From Proteromonas lacertae (lineage: Eukaryota): a DNA stretch of 64,000 bases. Under the pieces are notes generated by a model. The model did no database searches. It was not told where the DNA came from and saw only the letters and a program-made list of their open reading frames with translations. The position numbers and the translations under genes are program-made. Of this stretch, positions 41,346 to 55,302 are shown piece after piece (positions within the stretch are counted from its first letter, which is position 1; each line of letters starts with the position of its first letter). The stretch spans positions 62,001 through 126,000 of the forward strand of contig NGBS01000885.1 in assembly GCA_002245135.1 (NCBI GenBank). The letters run 5' to 3'.

Positions 41346-43926
41346 TTATATAAACAAATTAAACAAAGAAGAGCCGACATAGCCATTCGATTGACTAATT
41401 TTACTTTCACTATCATAAGAGATATCACCACAAAATAATCTATTTAGAATATCACTGGAGGTAACTTCATTTTCATTCTTAATTATAATCATCTGCATAT
41501 TATCAATAAAGTTCTTTAGATCGAATAATTTATTGGAAGATTTAAATAATATTTGAAATATTGTATTTAAAATAGATTTATCAATCACAGCTTCATTTAA
41601 AATCTTTATTAATTCCTTTAATAATTCATCCAAGTTTTTCTTATCATAAATGTCATATTTATAAAATAATAATTGGCATTTTTCATAGATTTCTTCAACT
41701 TTGTTTATATTTACCATTTTAAACAGTGGAACAGACTATTTTATATACATAAAAATATTATATATATATATATATATACTTTATATTTACTTCCATTTAT
41801 TAATAATGTTGAAATATACTCCATTGGAGATAAATTCAAACTATATCTTCTCGATAATACTTTTTCAAATGGTTTAAATATGTTATAAAGAGAAAATGGA
41901 TAAAAAATATTAGGATTTAAATCACCATTATTTTTAAATAAATGTTCAAGAAATTCATAACTATCACAAATGAAGTTGTATTTATCTTCATCACCTTCAC
42001 AAGAGCTTAAGCTTGACTCACGATTAAATCCACTAGCTGCAGCTACAACAGAAGGAGTGATTGGAGACTTAGGAAATTTTGAAGAAGAAGAAAATGAATT
42101 TGGTTTTGAAAAAGAATTTGATTTTTTGATTGTTTTAAATGAAGTAGAAAATGAATCTATGTTGGATGAAGATTCAACTGTTCTTTGATTGCTATAAATT
42201 GACATTTCAGGATCTGATCTAATCGCAACTATATTATTAAACCATATAATTCCAATGTATAAATAATTTTCTCTTAAAACGGTCAAAATTTCGGTTAAAT
42301 TGGGATAGGGTAATTTTACATTCATTTTAATCATTCCTTTTTTATTTATTCTATTTCTATTCTCTTTGCAAAATAATATATAATTTTTGATCTCTTCTAA
42401 TGATTTTTCTTCTTCATTTATATTTATATCTATCACTAAACATGGGCAGAAATTGTCACAATCCCTTATCCTATTCTTTATATCAATTTTATTATCTTCA
42501 TTAAATCCATAAATTCCTAATAAATAATTCAAACTTCCTTCTAATATAATTCTACTATTTGCCATTAATTTTCTGATTCTTTTTATTTGGGTTAATATTT
42601 CATTGTTATTGCTATTATTGATGAGTTTTATTTCTGGTAATTTGACTAAATATCGAATATAAAATTTAGTGGAAAAAACGTGTCTTAAGTGAATAATTTC
42701 ATTTAATATTTCATCATCATCTTTAATTGTTGGTTGATTATTGTCTTTTTGTTTCTTTTGAAGGTTGAAAGAGTATAATAAAGGAGTATTACAGGAGGAA
42801 TATGTTAATCTAAAAATATAAGAAATTATATATATATATATATATACGTTAATAATGGTAATAATGAATTAATATTATAAAATATTGTATTATTATCTTC
42901 TTTTAATGTTCTTACATTCTTATTCTTTAACGGATTACTATCTATTCCATAGATACTCTTCTGATTCTGAATTTGTTGTTGTTGTTCAGTTAGTGTTGAT
43001 GATAATGTTACAGTTGTATTAGTATTTGTACAATTACTATTATTGGAGGCTTGAATGTTTGTTTGAACTTGAAATGGTAATAATCGATTTTGATATCTTA
43101 CTAACATTTTGAAATATTCACTATTTGAATTGATTCTATTTGATTATATAATAATAATAATATTATTATTATTATTTATAGTTATACAATATATCTTTGA
43201 TATTGTGTCTATTACAAATAGTTCGATTATACACTTTTCCATTATATTCATAGATTATTGCTTGTTTCCAGTTGTAACTATCTAAACTATTCTCTTTTAT
43301 ACATTCTGTACATATATAGTAACTATAAAATAGGATTATGCCAATTTCTGATTTAATCTCCTTCTTTTCTATTTTGGCTAATTTATCAACTTCATCTTCT
43401 TTCTTTAACATTGAGCTCATTGTATTCTTAAAATGTACATCTATTTCAAAGAAATGACGAAATGAGCCACTTTTATAACAAATTCCTATTTCTATGAGTT
43501 TCTATGCATAAATATTACTTTGATTTTATACATTTACATATGTTTGGAATAGTTTCAACCGTTCATCACACAGCTTTGTCCGATTAAAGGCAAACAACAC
43601 TTTGGGAGGAAAAGTTGGTAAATTGGGATATACATCATCCAACTATAAATATTCATAATTTTGAATTTATATATACACTATCATGAAGACTACTCAGAGA
43701 ACTATATCTGTGATAAACAAACCATTTTACTCTAATATTAGATAGAAGATATATACTCCTTATCATCATCTTCATCACTATACACATTATTATTGTTCTT
43801 GATTTTCACTTCAAAAATATAATTCTGTGAAGAATTAATTATTATGTAGTATACAGCAACTCCATTCACCAACTTCCAATTTAAAACATCAATTGATATG
43901 CTATATCTTCTCAATAATCCTGCCAT
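41346..43926 (-). CDS. PX-domain protein, multi-exon (3' extent uncertain)
   Basis: Spliced N-terminus WFVYHRYSSLSSLH...LPTFPPK...ERLKLFQTY fits a PX domain. Downstream exons lie on the same strand. Confidence 0.65.
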
Positions 43927-44172
43927 TTCATCAAAAAATCAATTTATGAAACGGATATATTTTAGCATTGTTCAAAAACAGCGTGTGGTTTAGAGGTTGT
44001 ATATTGCAAGATTATACATTCATAAATGATATTTAGATAAAATTTACTATATGATATAAATGCATCATTTTAAAATTAAACAAGCTCGAAAAAAGCTTGA
44101 ATTAAAAGAAAATAGAAATCTTCTTATTGTGAAAGATCTAAATGCTAAAGAAAGTCAGTGATAATATTACCT

Positions 44173-46121
44173 ATGTCTACCGTCATAAGACATTGAAACT
44201 AGTTGATTCAAAAGATCCAGAGTATAGAATTTACTTTTATTTCTCATTTATAGATTTGATGAGCCATCTGAACATTTTGTAAAGACTATGGATAGTTTGC
44301 AAGCATTTGTATACATATATGGAATCATAATATAATCTAGTTGAGTGATGTTCAATCGTTTGTTAAGAAAATGGATGGTATAAAATATAATAATTCTATT
44401 GTACTAGCATTTGTTAAACAATTTAAGAGAATTGCTGAAACATTACAAAAATATGTGTTAGAAGAAGATACTGAAAAATTCAGAGTGATGGTAGAGTTAT
44501 ATAACCAAAAGATGGATAATTTCAATGATGATTTAATACCAGCATTAGTATATATATATATATAGAATTTATGTTTTTAGAAATTGAGAGTTGAAGAAGA
44601 TATAGTAAAACCAATAAAAGAAAAAATAGTGAATATGAAATCCATAAAAGTATATTATTATATTCAATTATTATTTATTTATTTAGAAAGGATTAGATGA
44701 TCGTACTAAATACAAAATGGATGTATTACACTATCAAAAGAAAGTCGATGATTTAAAATCAGATCCAAAAACAGATGCAGTTAAATTAATAAGGGTATTA
44801 TTATTATTATTATAAATAGAATGAAGATAAATATTCAGCATCTGTAGACTTCTTAGAGTCAGTAGATGTCGTATTAAAACAACAAATGAACCACTATTTA
44901 GAAAATCACTCTGAAGTTTTAAGATTTGAATTTGGTCATTTTCGATGTATTCAAAAGTTGTTTTTTGACACTGGAAGTCAAATTGTAAGTGAATTCTTAA
45001 ATATAGAACCTGGTACAAAGGGAAGCTTCCAAATTATTAATACAAGTGATATTGAAACGATTGTTAGAGAACATAGAAATAGATCAGCCAGAATTAATAT
45101 GCCAAACTATGGCTTGACTCAAAATCCATCACAAACTGGTTTGAATCAACAACAACAACAACAACCAGGAATGTCACCTCAACAATCGTATTACAATCAT
45201 CAACAACAACAACAACAACAACCTGGAATTTCACCTCAACAATCATATTATGGAACAGCTCCACCACAAATTCAACAACAACCACAACAACAACAACCAA
45301 ATCCATTTGCATCTGTACCATCATATGCAAGTATATTTATATATATATATTGACAATAGTTCCTGCTAAAACTGTTGCTCCACCACCTCCAACTATTCTT
45401 CCACCTTCAGCACCAACTCCTCCACCAATTCCAGCAATGCCAGTTAATAGTATATATATATCATTATATATGTTTATATAGATCCAGTATTTATTTCTAT
45501 TTCTTTATTATTGCTTTATTAGTATTCCAATTTACCACCTCCATCAGCTACATCATATCAACAACAACCACCTGCTTCACCTATTCAAGCTGCTCCAAAA
45601 GATGAATGTATAATTTAATTTTATATTTTATATTTTAAATAGTTGATATTGTATTTATATATATTTTTATTGTTGTAGTTTGGTAATGATAATCCAGTTC
45701 CAGTATTATCACAACCTCCACAACAACAACAACAACAACAACCAGTTGATGAAGTATATATAAAAGATCATATTTATTCTATATTATTTTAGTTTGATTT
45801 GTTTAATAGCATTCCATCTGGAAGTCTTGTTTCACCAACTTCTACATTTTCAACAAGTCCATCTTATTCTACATCGACTCCTGCTGCTCCTACTCCAAAT
45901 CCAAATACTGTATAAATAATTATATATATATATTATATTTATAGTTTCCATACAAAGCTAGAGGTTTGTTTGAATTTCTTGCTGAAAATCCAGATGAACT
46001 AACAATCAGAGTTGGTGATATAGTTACAGTGATTAAAAGAGAGAATAGAGATTGGTTGTATGGTACAAAGACTACTGGAGAGAAAGGAATATTCCCTGAA
46101 TCTTTCATTATAGCAATATAA
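44173..46121 (+). CDS. BAR-SH3 (amphiphysin/endophilin-like) protein
   Basis: Helical N-terminus with DPE.FDE and R..YKMDVLHYQKKV; Gln/Pro linker with NPF; SH3 ARGLFEFLAENPDELTIRVGDIVTV...DWLYG...GIFPESF. Confidence 0.8.
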
Positions 46122-46833
46122 CTCTATTATAAATTTCCTTGTAATAAATTGTCTTAATAAACCAATTTAACATTTGATTCTCTTTACAGATGTTTCTATT
46201 GATCTAAAAACGATATTTTTCATTATAGATTTGAATAAATAATTTGAAGTAGTCAAGCTTTTTTTCATTGTTCAAAATATTATCTCTTATAGATCATATA
46301 TGGCTTAATTATCATTTTTAATTATTTTTTTATGTATAATATTATGGATATAACACATCAATATAATCATATTTACTTATTCATTTCAAATATGTGATAA
46401 ATTTATACAATATTATTGTTAAATTACTACTTACCCTATTTAATGCAGAATAATAAGTTTAATCCTTTTTTAAATTCATCAAGACTAATATCGCTATTGA
46501 CCTGCAGTTCAAGTGAAATTAACACCGAAACAGTTATATTGCTGATATTACAATGTATTGCAATAATGAAATTGAGATTTCAAAAATTTATCATCTCAAA
46601 TTACAGCTGATAGAATAAATGTGTTAATCAATATATAATCCATAGTGAAGCTAGTGCGTGATATTTGCTGTTCATAATTATAATTCTATGTGAAGAAATT
46701 AATGAAGTTTTGTAGGAAAAATCAAGCAAAGCTCGAATTCAACATTCTAAATTTCTTTCTTCTAATTCATTATCTGAAAGTATACATAACTTTATTGTTA
46801 TTAATTTCTGATTATCTATAAATTCTATAGTCA

Positions 46834-47349
46834 ATGATTCGTGAAATCCTTATTGATTTAATTAATTTTGGTTTAAATACTTTAATGCCAACAGATGGAC
46901 TTGATGAAATCGAGCAAAAAGAACGTTCTGCCTATGTTTGTGCTATATCCCTCATATTTTGGGGTTTTATTCTCTGCGTCTGGATTAATTCAAAGAATTG
47001 TGTGAGTGAAGAAGGCGAAGAAAATGGGGATCAAGATGGAAAAGATGAATGTAACAATGATAAAAATAATGTAGAAGTATTACCAGTTGTGAATAATGAA
47101 AAACTAGTTGATTTTAACAAATTTACTCAAGACTTGCATATATCTTTTTTTATTCAATATATTTAGTGTTTTTCAATTCATTTGAAAGGTAATATGATGT
47201 TTGAACCTGTCAGAAATGATAATGTTACAGAATATTACTTAAAACGCTATAAGCCCAATAATGGATATATGATCAATAGCAATTATGAACCAATAACATT
47301 TGTATCAAGCGAAAACAACAAATTAAAGAGATTCATTTTAATTGATTAA
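46834..47349 (+). CDS. Small single-TM hypothetical protein; second exon depends on a putative AT-AA intron at 47140-47187
   Basis: 110-aa ORF with one TM helix. A downstream open frame GNMMFEPVRND...LID* is joined in phase by the putative intron. Confidence 0.45.
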
Positions 47350-47430
47350 ATAAATATATCATAATACAAAATAACACCTTTTATTATTAACAATTACCCA
47401 TTATATTACATTTTATTTGTTTTTGGCTTA

Positions 47431-48143
47431 TTAACTACCAGTAGAACACACAGCTTGTAACATATTTAAACATTGTCTCATTAAATTGATATGCCACTAT
47501 TCAAAAATATAATTTTTATAATACATACGTCTAATTCCTACTTGTCCTAGTGGGAACAATGCACATGTGAATAAAACCATCATAATTACTTGAAATACTG
47601 ACAAAAACAGTGTTAAGGAGTAACTCTTTAAAAATAATGAGCTATAGAGTGTAGCTAATATAGTAAATGCATAAACTGCAGAATAAATGATTTTATCCTT
47701 ATGAAAGAATCTAAAAAAGTAACTAGGATTGTATAATAGAAATGCAGCCATAAACAGCAATGTTCCCATTGTAAAACTAATAGCAAACTTCGCAGGTCTG
47801 ATCATTATCAATGGAATACCTAGAATAAAAGCTAATAGGAAAAATATTGCAGAGAGTATAATTAATCCAAGAAAATATTTAAAACGATCCATTCTATTAT
47901 TAATATAATTTAATTTGATAACAATACCTTGACAATTTAAAACTATCAAAATAACTACTTCTATGACCTAATTCTAAATCATCATCTACTTTTTCTTCCT
48001 TTGGAGTAGACCAAAATGCCCAACTTACTTCATTTTGCCTCTAAATTAAGTAAATAGTGTAATTATACCTGTCTTACTGATCCATCTGCTCCTTTGGCTT
48101 TTTCATTTTCTAACCATTCCTTAAAACTGGAACTATCTTGCAT
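47431..48143 (-). CDS. SFT2/Got1-family protein, copy 2
   Basis: RPAKFAISFTMGTL; N-terminus SFKEWLENEKAK matches copy 1 (SFEEWLHKEKAK). Confidence 0.85.
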
Positions 48144-48362
48144 TACAATCTTAGATGAAAGGATAAATAAAAGAGGATTTATAATATAGGTTTGATATCT
48201 TTCTAAAAAGCTTGAATCTAAATTATCTCTTATACCTTATATATATGATAGAAACCATATCTAAAAATGGTTTATGAGTATTTGCTATTACTATAACCCT
48301 CTTATTCTATTTGTGTCTCACTTTTTTGTCAAACCTTTTGTCAAGCCACATTTTTGTTTTTG

Positions 48363-49675
48363 ATGTGTGATAGATTCTCTGATCCATTATTGCCTTCTCC
48401 CTCACAATTAATTCGTGAGAAGAAGCATAACAACTTTTTATTGGGTGTAAATGTTGTTGTATTCTTGTTTTCTGGCTCTGGATCTCTTATTATGGGTAAA
48501 TTATTGTATATTATTAGTTAATAAATTTTAGATATCAAATTGAAGGTGAAGGAAGACCAGGAACAGAAAAACATACATTTCAAAAACCTTGGTTTTCAAA
48601 TTTGATGATGTTTATAGGAATGTTTTTCCTATTTATGGTTTATTTAGTATTTATAAAAATATTTATATATAAATAGATAAGAAAATGGTATAAAAATGAG
48701 AAAATCACCAGGTATATAAATAAATTATGAATTAATAGTAAAACAAATGCTCCATTATGGAAAATATATGTGTACTGCTTAGGTCCATCATTATGTGATT
48801 GTACTGCTTCATTTTTAATGTATTTTTAATAATAATTATATATTAACTAGGTTTTTGGGTTTATTATGGATAAGAGTATCAATTTGGCAAATGGTAAGAG
48901 GTTCGATCGTAATATTCGCTGGATTTATTAGATGGTGGGCCTTGAAAAAGAAATTAAGAATATCTTTTTAATTTTCCTTTCAAAATTTGTTAATTTTCTT
49001 TAATCGAATATTTAAAGACATGAATGGTTAGGAATAATCATAGTATTCATTGCACTTGTAGTAGTTGGTTGTTCTTCTTTAGGCAGTAATGATGATAATA
49101 CAAATTCAAGTGTGTTGTTACAAATATTAGGTATATTTTTAGTAATGATTGCTCAAATCATTCAAGCTGGTCAAACTGTAATAGAAGAACATTTATTACA
49201 AGGAATTGAGATAGATTCTGACTTCATAGTTGGTTGTGAAGGATTGTGGGGTTTAATATACACTGGTTTAATATTTATGCCAATAGCTCAATATCTTCCA
49301 GGAGAAGAAGGCAAATCTCTTCATGAAGATACAATCGATTCTTTTTATATGTTATATCATAGTTTACCAATATTATTAATAAATATCTCTACAATATTTT
49401 TATTATTATTTTTAAACTATGGTTCAATGAATGTAACGAAATATAGCAACAGTGTTAGTCGAAATATATTAGAACCAGTTCGAACTTTCTTTGTTTGGAT
49501 ATTGGCAGTTATAATCTATTATATAAGTAATAAGAAATATTTAGAAGGATTGAATTATATGTCAATTGTTGAGTTACTTGGATTTATGTTTTTAGTTTGT
49601 GGATTGTTTGTTTATTATGGAGTAGTGAAGTTTAAATGGTCAGTTTATGAAGATGAAGAAGTATTAACACCTTAA
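48363..49675 (+). CDS. SLC35F6-like drug/metabolite (nucleotide-sugar) transporter
   Basis: FQKPWF..LMMFIGM, PSLCDCTAS, SIWQMVRGSIVIF, AGQTVIEE, VGCEGLWG, RTFFVW. Confidence 0.85.
48960..49015 (+). other. U12-like AT-AA intron (56 nt)
   Basis: ATATCTTTT start and TTTTCTTTAAT 11 nt before the end. Removal gives ALKKKLR|RHEWLGI; the GT-AG alternatives checked create stops or delete conserved residues. Confidence 0.75.
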
Positions 49676-49718
49676 ATAATTTGTTTATTATGATAATTAT
49701 TGAAATATATAAATATTA

Positions 49719-49918
49719 TTCAATTTAGAGTATTTAAAATGATTTGATTTTTATTCTTCTTTACTACTTTTCCATCATCTAATTCTATCATATATTCTTC
49801 ATTATCTAATACTTTTCTTACTATTCCATTAACATTTTCATCAATCACCCATACTGAACTTTTAATTTTGATTTCTTTTTTCTCTTTTGTCTTCTTTATT
49901 TGAATTGAAACTTTTAAG
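49719..49918 (-). CDS. Short exon encoding a KOW/SH3-like beta module, possibly the last exon of the upstream Hsp70-like gene
   Basis: Open frame KIKSSVWVIDENVNGIVRKVLDNEEYMIELDDGKVVKK...LN* after a TTATAG acceptor. The connecting splice was not resolved. Confidence 0.35.
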
Positions 49919-50206
49919 CTATAAGCAGTTTTTCATAAATAAAATATGGTGATTTCTTCTTAAATGCATTTATAGATATATGTAACACTTATTAAGTGAG
50001 ATTGGTTAATCATAATTAATATTAGTAAATATTCCATAAAAAATATATAATAATCATAATTTTAGTAGTGTGTTATTTTAAATGACATGCTTTTTAATTT
50101 TGTCGAAACCTAACTCAGTTTTGAATTATCCTTTGTTATTCTTGATGATATAGAATTATATGTGTTTTTTATTATATTAATTTCTGTAGATTCTATTAAT
50201 ATGTTG

Positions 50207-52598
50207 TTATACTCTTTTGGTATTAACTATTAATACAGATATAGAATCATATACATCATAATATTCGCAGATTGACAAATTCTCTAGTTTATCCTGATCT
50301 ATACTTTCATATAGCCTTCTTAACTTCTTTTTTATTTCAGAACTATACATATTTTCATTCACCAAATCTGATTCTATATTATCACTATAAAAATAGATTA
50401 ATACAAATTTATACATTACTGGATTTATTCTTTCCTTCACAGTATTAATTACTGCTTCTTTCCTTTCATTTAACTCCTAATACTTATATACAAATACTAT
50501 ATACTTTTTCAAACCTATCTACTAATTCCTTTCTCTTCGTTTTATGTAATGCTTCTAATGAATCCTTCATAAATTGTTTAAAATCATTAAAAAATGGACA
50601 ATCCATTTCTTTCATATTCTCATTTATTATTCTTTGATAATTATATCTATTATACAATAAACATTAATCATAATAATATACATTGATGATTCTAAATCAT
50701 TTCTCTTCTTCATCACATTTCCATAATTTATATCATAATTATAAAACTCTATTTCAATTTCTCTACTTTTCTCTACTATATCATCTACATTTAATAATAC
50801 TTCTATTTCATTATGAATGTAATTATAATTGTTTTCTATTATCTTAATCAGTCTATTTACGTTTTTACTCTTTGTTATTGGTTTAGATAGTATTATTTCA
50901 AACTGTTTAGATAAAACATACAGATTATATAATAATGGAGATATATCCTTTTCTTTTAAAAACAATTCACTATGTCAAAATAATGAACAACAATTATTAT
51001 ACATTCCTTCTATTCTCTTTTTCATTTCATCAACATTTACTTCTTCTCTATCAATAATACATTTCAATTTGTTCATTTCATCATTTATACAATCATCCAT
51101 TTGTCTTATTAACTCTTTATTATCTTCTTTTATTTTCTTCCTTTTTATGTCCAACATTAAACAATTCAAACATCTTAATTGCATTTCATTCTCTGATATG
51201 GGAATTGATATTATATTATTCATTACATCTTCATTATCTACATTTACTATTCTATATTTCCATTTACCTTCTTCAATTAAACCATAATAACTATTTCCAT
51301 AACTGATATCTTCATCCATGTTTATTTTTCGATTGATTTTTATTTCATTTTCTATACTCTTCAAATATTCTTCTATTGCTGATTGTAATAACGGAATTCT
51401 TAAACTTCCACCTACTATTACTACTTCAATTAATCTCTTTTCTTCATTAGATATTTTACTCTCATCTAATACTGCTTTTATTCCTTCTTTTAGTTCTTTG
51501 TCTATTTCATTCTTCTTTAGTAAATCACTTAATTCATTTACACTGAATGTTGAGTCAAAATCATCATCTCCAAAATCAATTGAAACATTTATCTAATAAA
51601 TATAAATTAATATTTATATATCTTATATTTATACATCACTAGCTCCTTGAGCACTTAGTTTTTCTTTCATCTTTATTATCTCATTCTTCACTTTTATATA
51701 ATTCTTTTCTTTTCCTACTTCAAATATATCTATTTTCATCTCATTTTCAATTAATTCTCTAAAATGATTTATTAATATATTATCTATTCTCATTCCACCT
51801 AAATCATTTATGGTTTTAGTTTGGATTATTTTTACTTCATTCTTTCCATATTCATTTAAACAAATATTTGTTTTTAAATAACCCATATCTACAAATAATA
51901 CTTTCTTTTTACTTTCTTCATCAACAAATTTCGAATCATTCTCATATCCAAAGCATAAACTACATGATAAATATTCGGGAATTATTTCTACTTTCTTAAA
52001 TCCATTTGATTCGAATATTCTTCTCAATAATTCGATTTGATAGTTGTTATAATCACATGGAACTGATAATATGCAGTTGATTTTATCCACATTATTCCCT
52101 TCTTTTATATATTCATATATGTGATTTGCATAACTACTGTATATATCATTCACATTTAATATCTTTTCACCCAATCCTATATTATTGATTTTAAATCCTA
52201 TCTCATCATTTTCTAATTCTATTATTGATTCAGGATATTGACAGCGACTATTAAGAATTTCACTAATTTCACTGAATTTCTTTCCAAATAAGTCTTTGAT
52301 TGTAGTTATTACATTCTTGAAATTCTTAATTGCCTAGTAACAATATATATAAGTTGATATAGAATAGAATAGAATATACAGTGGTACTTTTACCAAATAA
52401 TCGATTATTTGTCATATCAATGAATAATCTATTTAATAATAAACATGAATATAGATAATACTTAGTTTTCTTTTGACTGTAAACATCTTTTATAATTTTT
52501 GGAAGTTTTGGTTCAATTCTATTATCATAACCTGTAATAACATAGTAGTTTCCTCCAAAATCTATCCCAATAGTAAATGAATTGTCAATATCCGACAT
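50207..52598 (-). CDS. Highly divergent Hsp70/Hsp110-family protein
   Basis: TIGIDFG, ILSVPCDY, VLFVDMG, LGGMRID, KEKLSA, VGGSLRIP. Confidence 0.75.
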
Positions 52599-52744
52599 GA
52601 AAATGACAAAAATAGCTTTTGAAAGCTTGATAGGTTTGATGATATTTTCAACAATTCAATGGAAATATAAAAGTAATAATTAAGTGAGTATATTATATAG
52701 AGAAAAATAAATAAAAACAATATATAAAAATATTATAGATTAAA

Positions 52745-53172
52745 TTATTCTTCAGGAAAAGGTTGACATACATATTGTATATTCTGTTCATCTAAACTAG
52801 TTTTAACTGATTCAGGTAAAGAACCTGAAACAACGACAGCATAACAACCAGGTTTATATCTTGCTAAATAAACATAAATAAATACAACTATTATACCAAT
52901 TCTTTGCCTTCTAGCAGCCCAACTTCTCTGTGGATTCATCATTGCGATTAATCTACTAATTAAATAAATTAGCATACCCATCAAAGAATGGACTTACTAA
53001 ATCTCCAGAACTATCATCCGTCACATCCTTACAATTATCACAACCATGCTCTTCAAACTATACATTATTTAGTTCAATATACTTGTTCTCTTGTTTTAAC
53101 CAAACCACATATTTTACATGCTACTAAACTCTTATTAGAATCAGAAATTTCTGCCACATCGATTGCTTGCAT
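52745..53172 (-). CDS. SPT4: Transcription elongation factor Spt4
   Basis: Spliced ACKICGLVKT..QF...GCDNC...FDGLIAMMNPQRSWAAR...PGCYAVVVSGSLP. Confidence 0.93.
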
Positions 53173-53376
53173 GTTAGATCAAGAGAAATAAAGAAATATA
53201 ATTTTTGTAAACTTGACTGAATATTACATAAATTCTGTAATTTACACTCTTTTAATCGTTTTTCATTTTAAAGTGTATAAACCCTCTATATATCCTTTAA
53301 TATCCTAGAATATAATTACTACATTTTTATTTCAAGCATATTTGTTTGTATTAGGTAATATGAATCGTTATTAGAG

Positions 53377-55107
53377 ATGGATTCTAAAGAATTGGTATAT
53401 ATCGATGATTATAGTTTTGTGCATAGGCTGAATTTATAAGAGCTAACAATCTCAACAGTCTTTCTGTAAAATTTGCGAAATACTTTTACTGTATTGAATG
53501 TTTTTATATTATCATAGTAAAAAAATCTGATATCAATTGTTTGTCATATGTATATGGATTGATAAAAGAGTATAAATATATACATTATAATTTTTTTAAT
53601 ATAGTACACAATTACAATACGTAAAGCTGAATGATTTACTGAAGTACATTAAATATGAAAGAAATTCTTTGTCACAAAAGCTCGAATTCATTTATAGTAT
53701 GATTATCAAAAATTTATGTTTTCTTTAGATGATCATTTACATTGGAACGACTTTTATCAGTTCGTAATACTCCATACATTAGTTCCAGAGCAAGAATTAA
53801 TAACAGTTTACCTAATATTTTTCGGATTACCAACAAAGCATATTTCCATAGCAGATTGCCAATGTTTATTATCTAATATAAATTCTCATTACACTGTAAC
53901 AGGAGATGATCCACTCAGTGAGAATTATCATAAATTAGCAGTAACATGTCCAAATGGTATTAGTTCTAATGATGTAGCACATATGATAACACTCTGTCCA
54001 AAAGCATTCGAACCATTAATACGATTCAGAGAGAATTGTACAAAATTCATTTTTTCTAATCGAAGATTGGAGAGTATAAAGATGAGAAACGTTCAGTTAG
54101 ACTCAATAATGATCTATAGAAGTCAACACAATAATAACTTTCCCACTGGCAGTTGTTGTGAGTATATCTCAAATTTACTCAAATATCACTCAAACCCTTA
54201 TGTATATGATTTTGGACCTGATCATAACGATGATTTGATCAATATAAGGAATTTAGTATATCAAATCAAATATGTTTCCAATATACTCTGTAATGGAGGA
54301 ATTGGATTTACATTTAGTAGTAATATAAAGAAGTTAAAAAGTGATAGTATTAATAAAAGGATAGATCGATTAAAATATGAAAGTGAAGTTTATACTAGAC
54401 CTCTCTCTTTGAGTAGTTCATCCAATATGCAATTGAACAATCCAAATCAACTTCAATTGAATTATTCAAGACAATCAACTCGTTCTAAATACTTCAATAA
54501 TTCACTTCATGCTAATAATACTGTCGCTACTGGTGGTAATTGTAATGTTAGAACTTCACTAAGTAATAACAGTATATCCACTAACGTTATTACCAGTACT
54601 GCTAATGGTAATAATAATAATAATAATAATGGTTTACAATACTCACAGATTAATCCGCCAAAAAAACATTCATTAACACCACGTCAAGTAACTCCATCAA
54701 ATACAAATGTTGTAACTACAACTACAATTGGTGGAAGAATTACTGCTACAAAATCAGCAACCACTGCTTCCAATACAACGAAATCTTCCAATACTACAGT
54801 TACATCTAATACATCCAATATTAATAATTATAATATTAATAATGGAAATGGTTTTGCTATAGGTAGTACCTTTTCAAGCTCAAAGAGAGGTAATAGTAAA
54901 ATTGCTGTTACTCCATTGCACTCTGGTGGTACAGTTGTGAGAGCAGGAAGTGATAGTACTGCTACAGGTAGTAGTAATAATGGAAATGCATTTTCCCCAA
55001 CAGAAATAAATTTACCTAATTCATTAGATTCTTTTGAAGATACTAATGGTAAAATAGTGCCGTACAAACATCCTTTATCTCCAGCAACTGCTATAGAAAA
55101 AGAATAA
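53377..55107 (+). CDS. Hypothetical protein with a degenerate EF-hand-like N-terminus and S/T/N-rich tail, paralog 1
   Basis: Shares FFG..., FEPL.(R/K)FR.NC, YR..HNN.FP..SCC and YH.NPY..DF with the gene at 58849-60304. Confidence 0.6.
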
Positions 55108-55302
55108 TTTAATTCTATACTTTTTGGTTATTTATTAAATTAGTAGATATTTCTTTATATCTTGTTTGGTGGGATAAATACTAATAATACGATCAGTTTC
55201 TACTCTTTGCCATATTATGAAGACATATAGATGATGAATAAACATGGTTGATGTAAAAAAGAAAGTCGAGCCAAGTTTATTCTATCTTTTATTTTTATTG
55301 AA

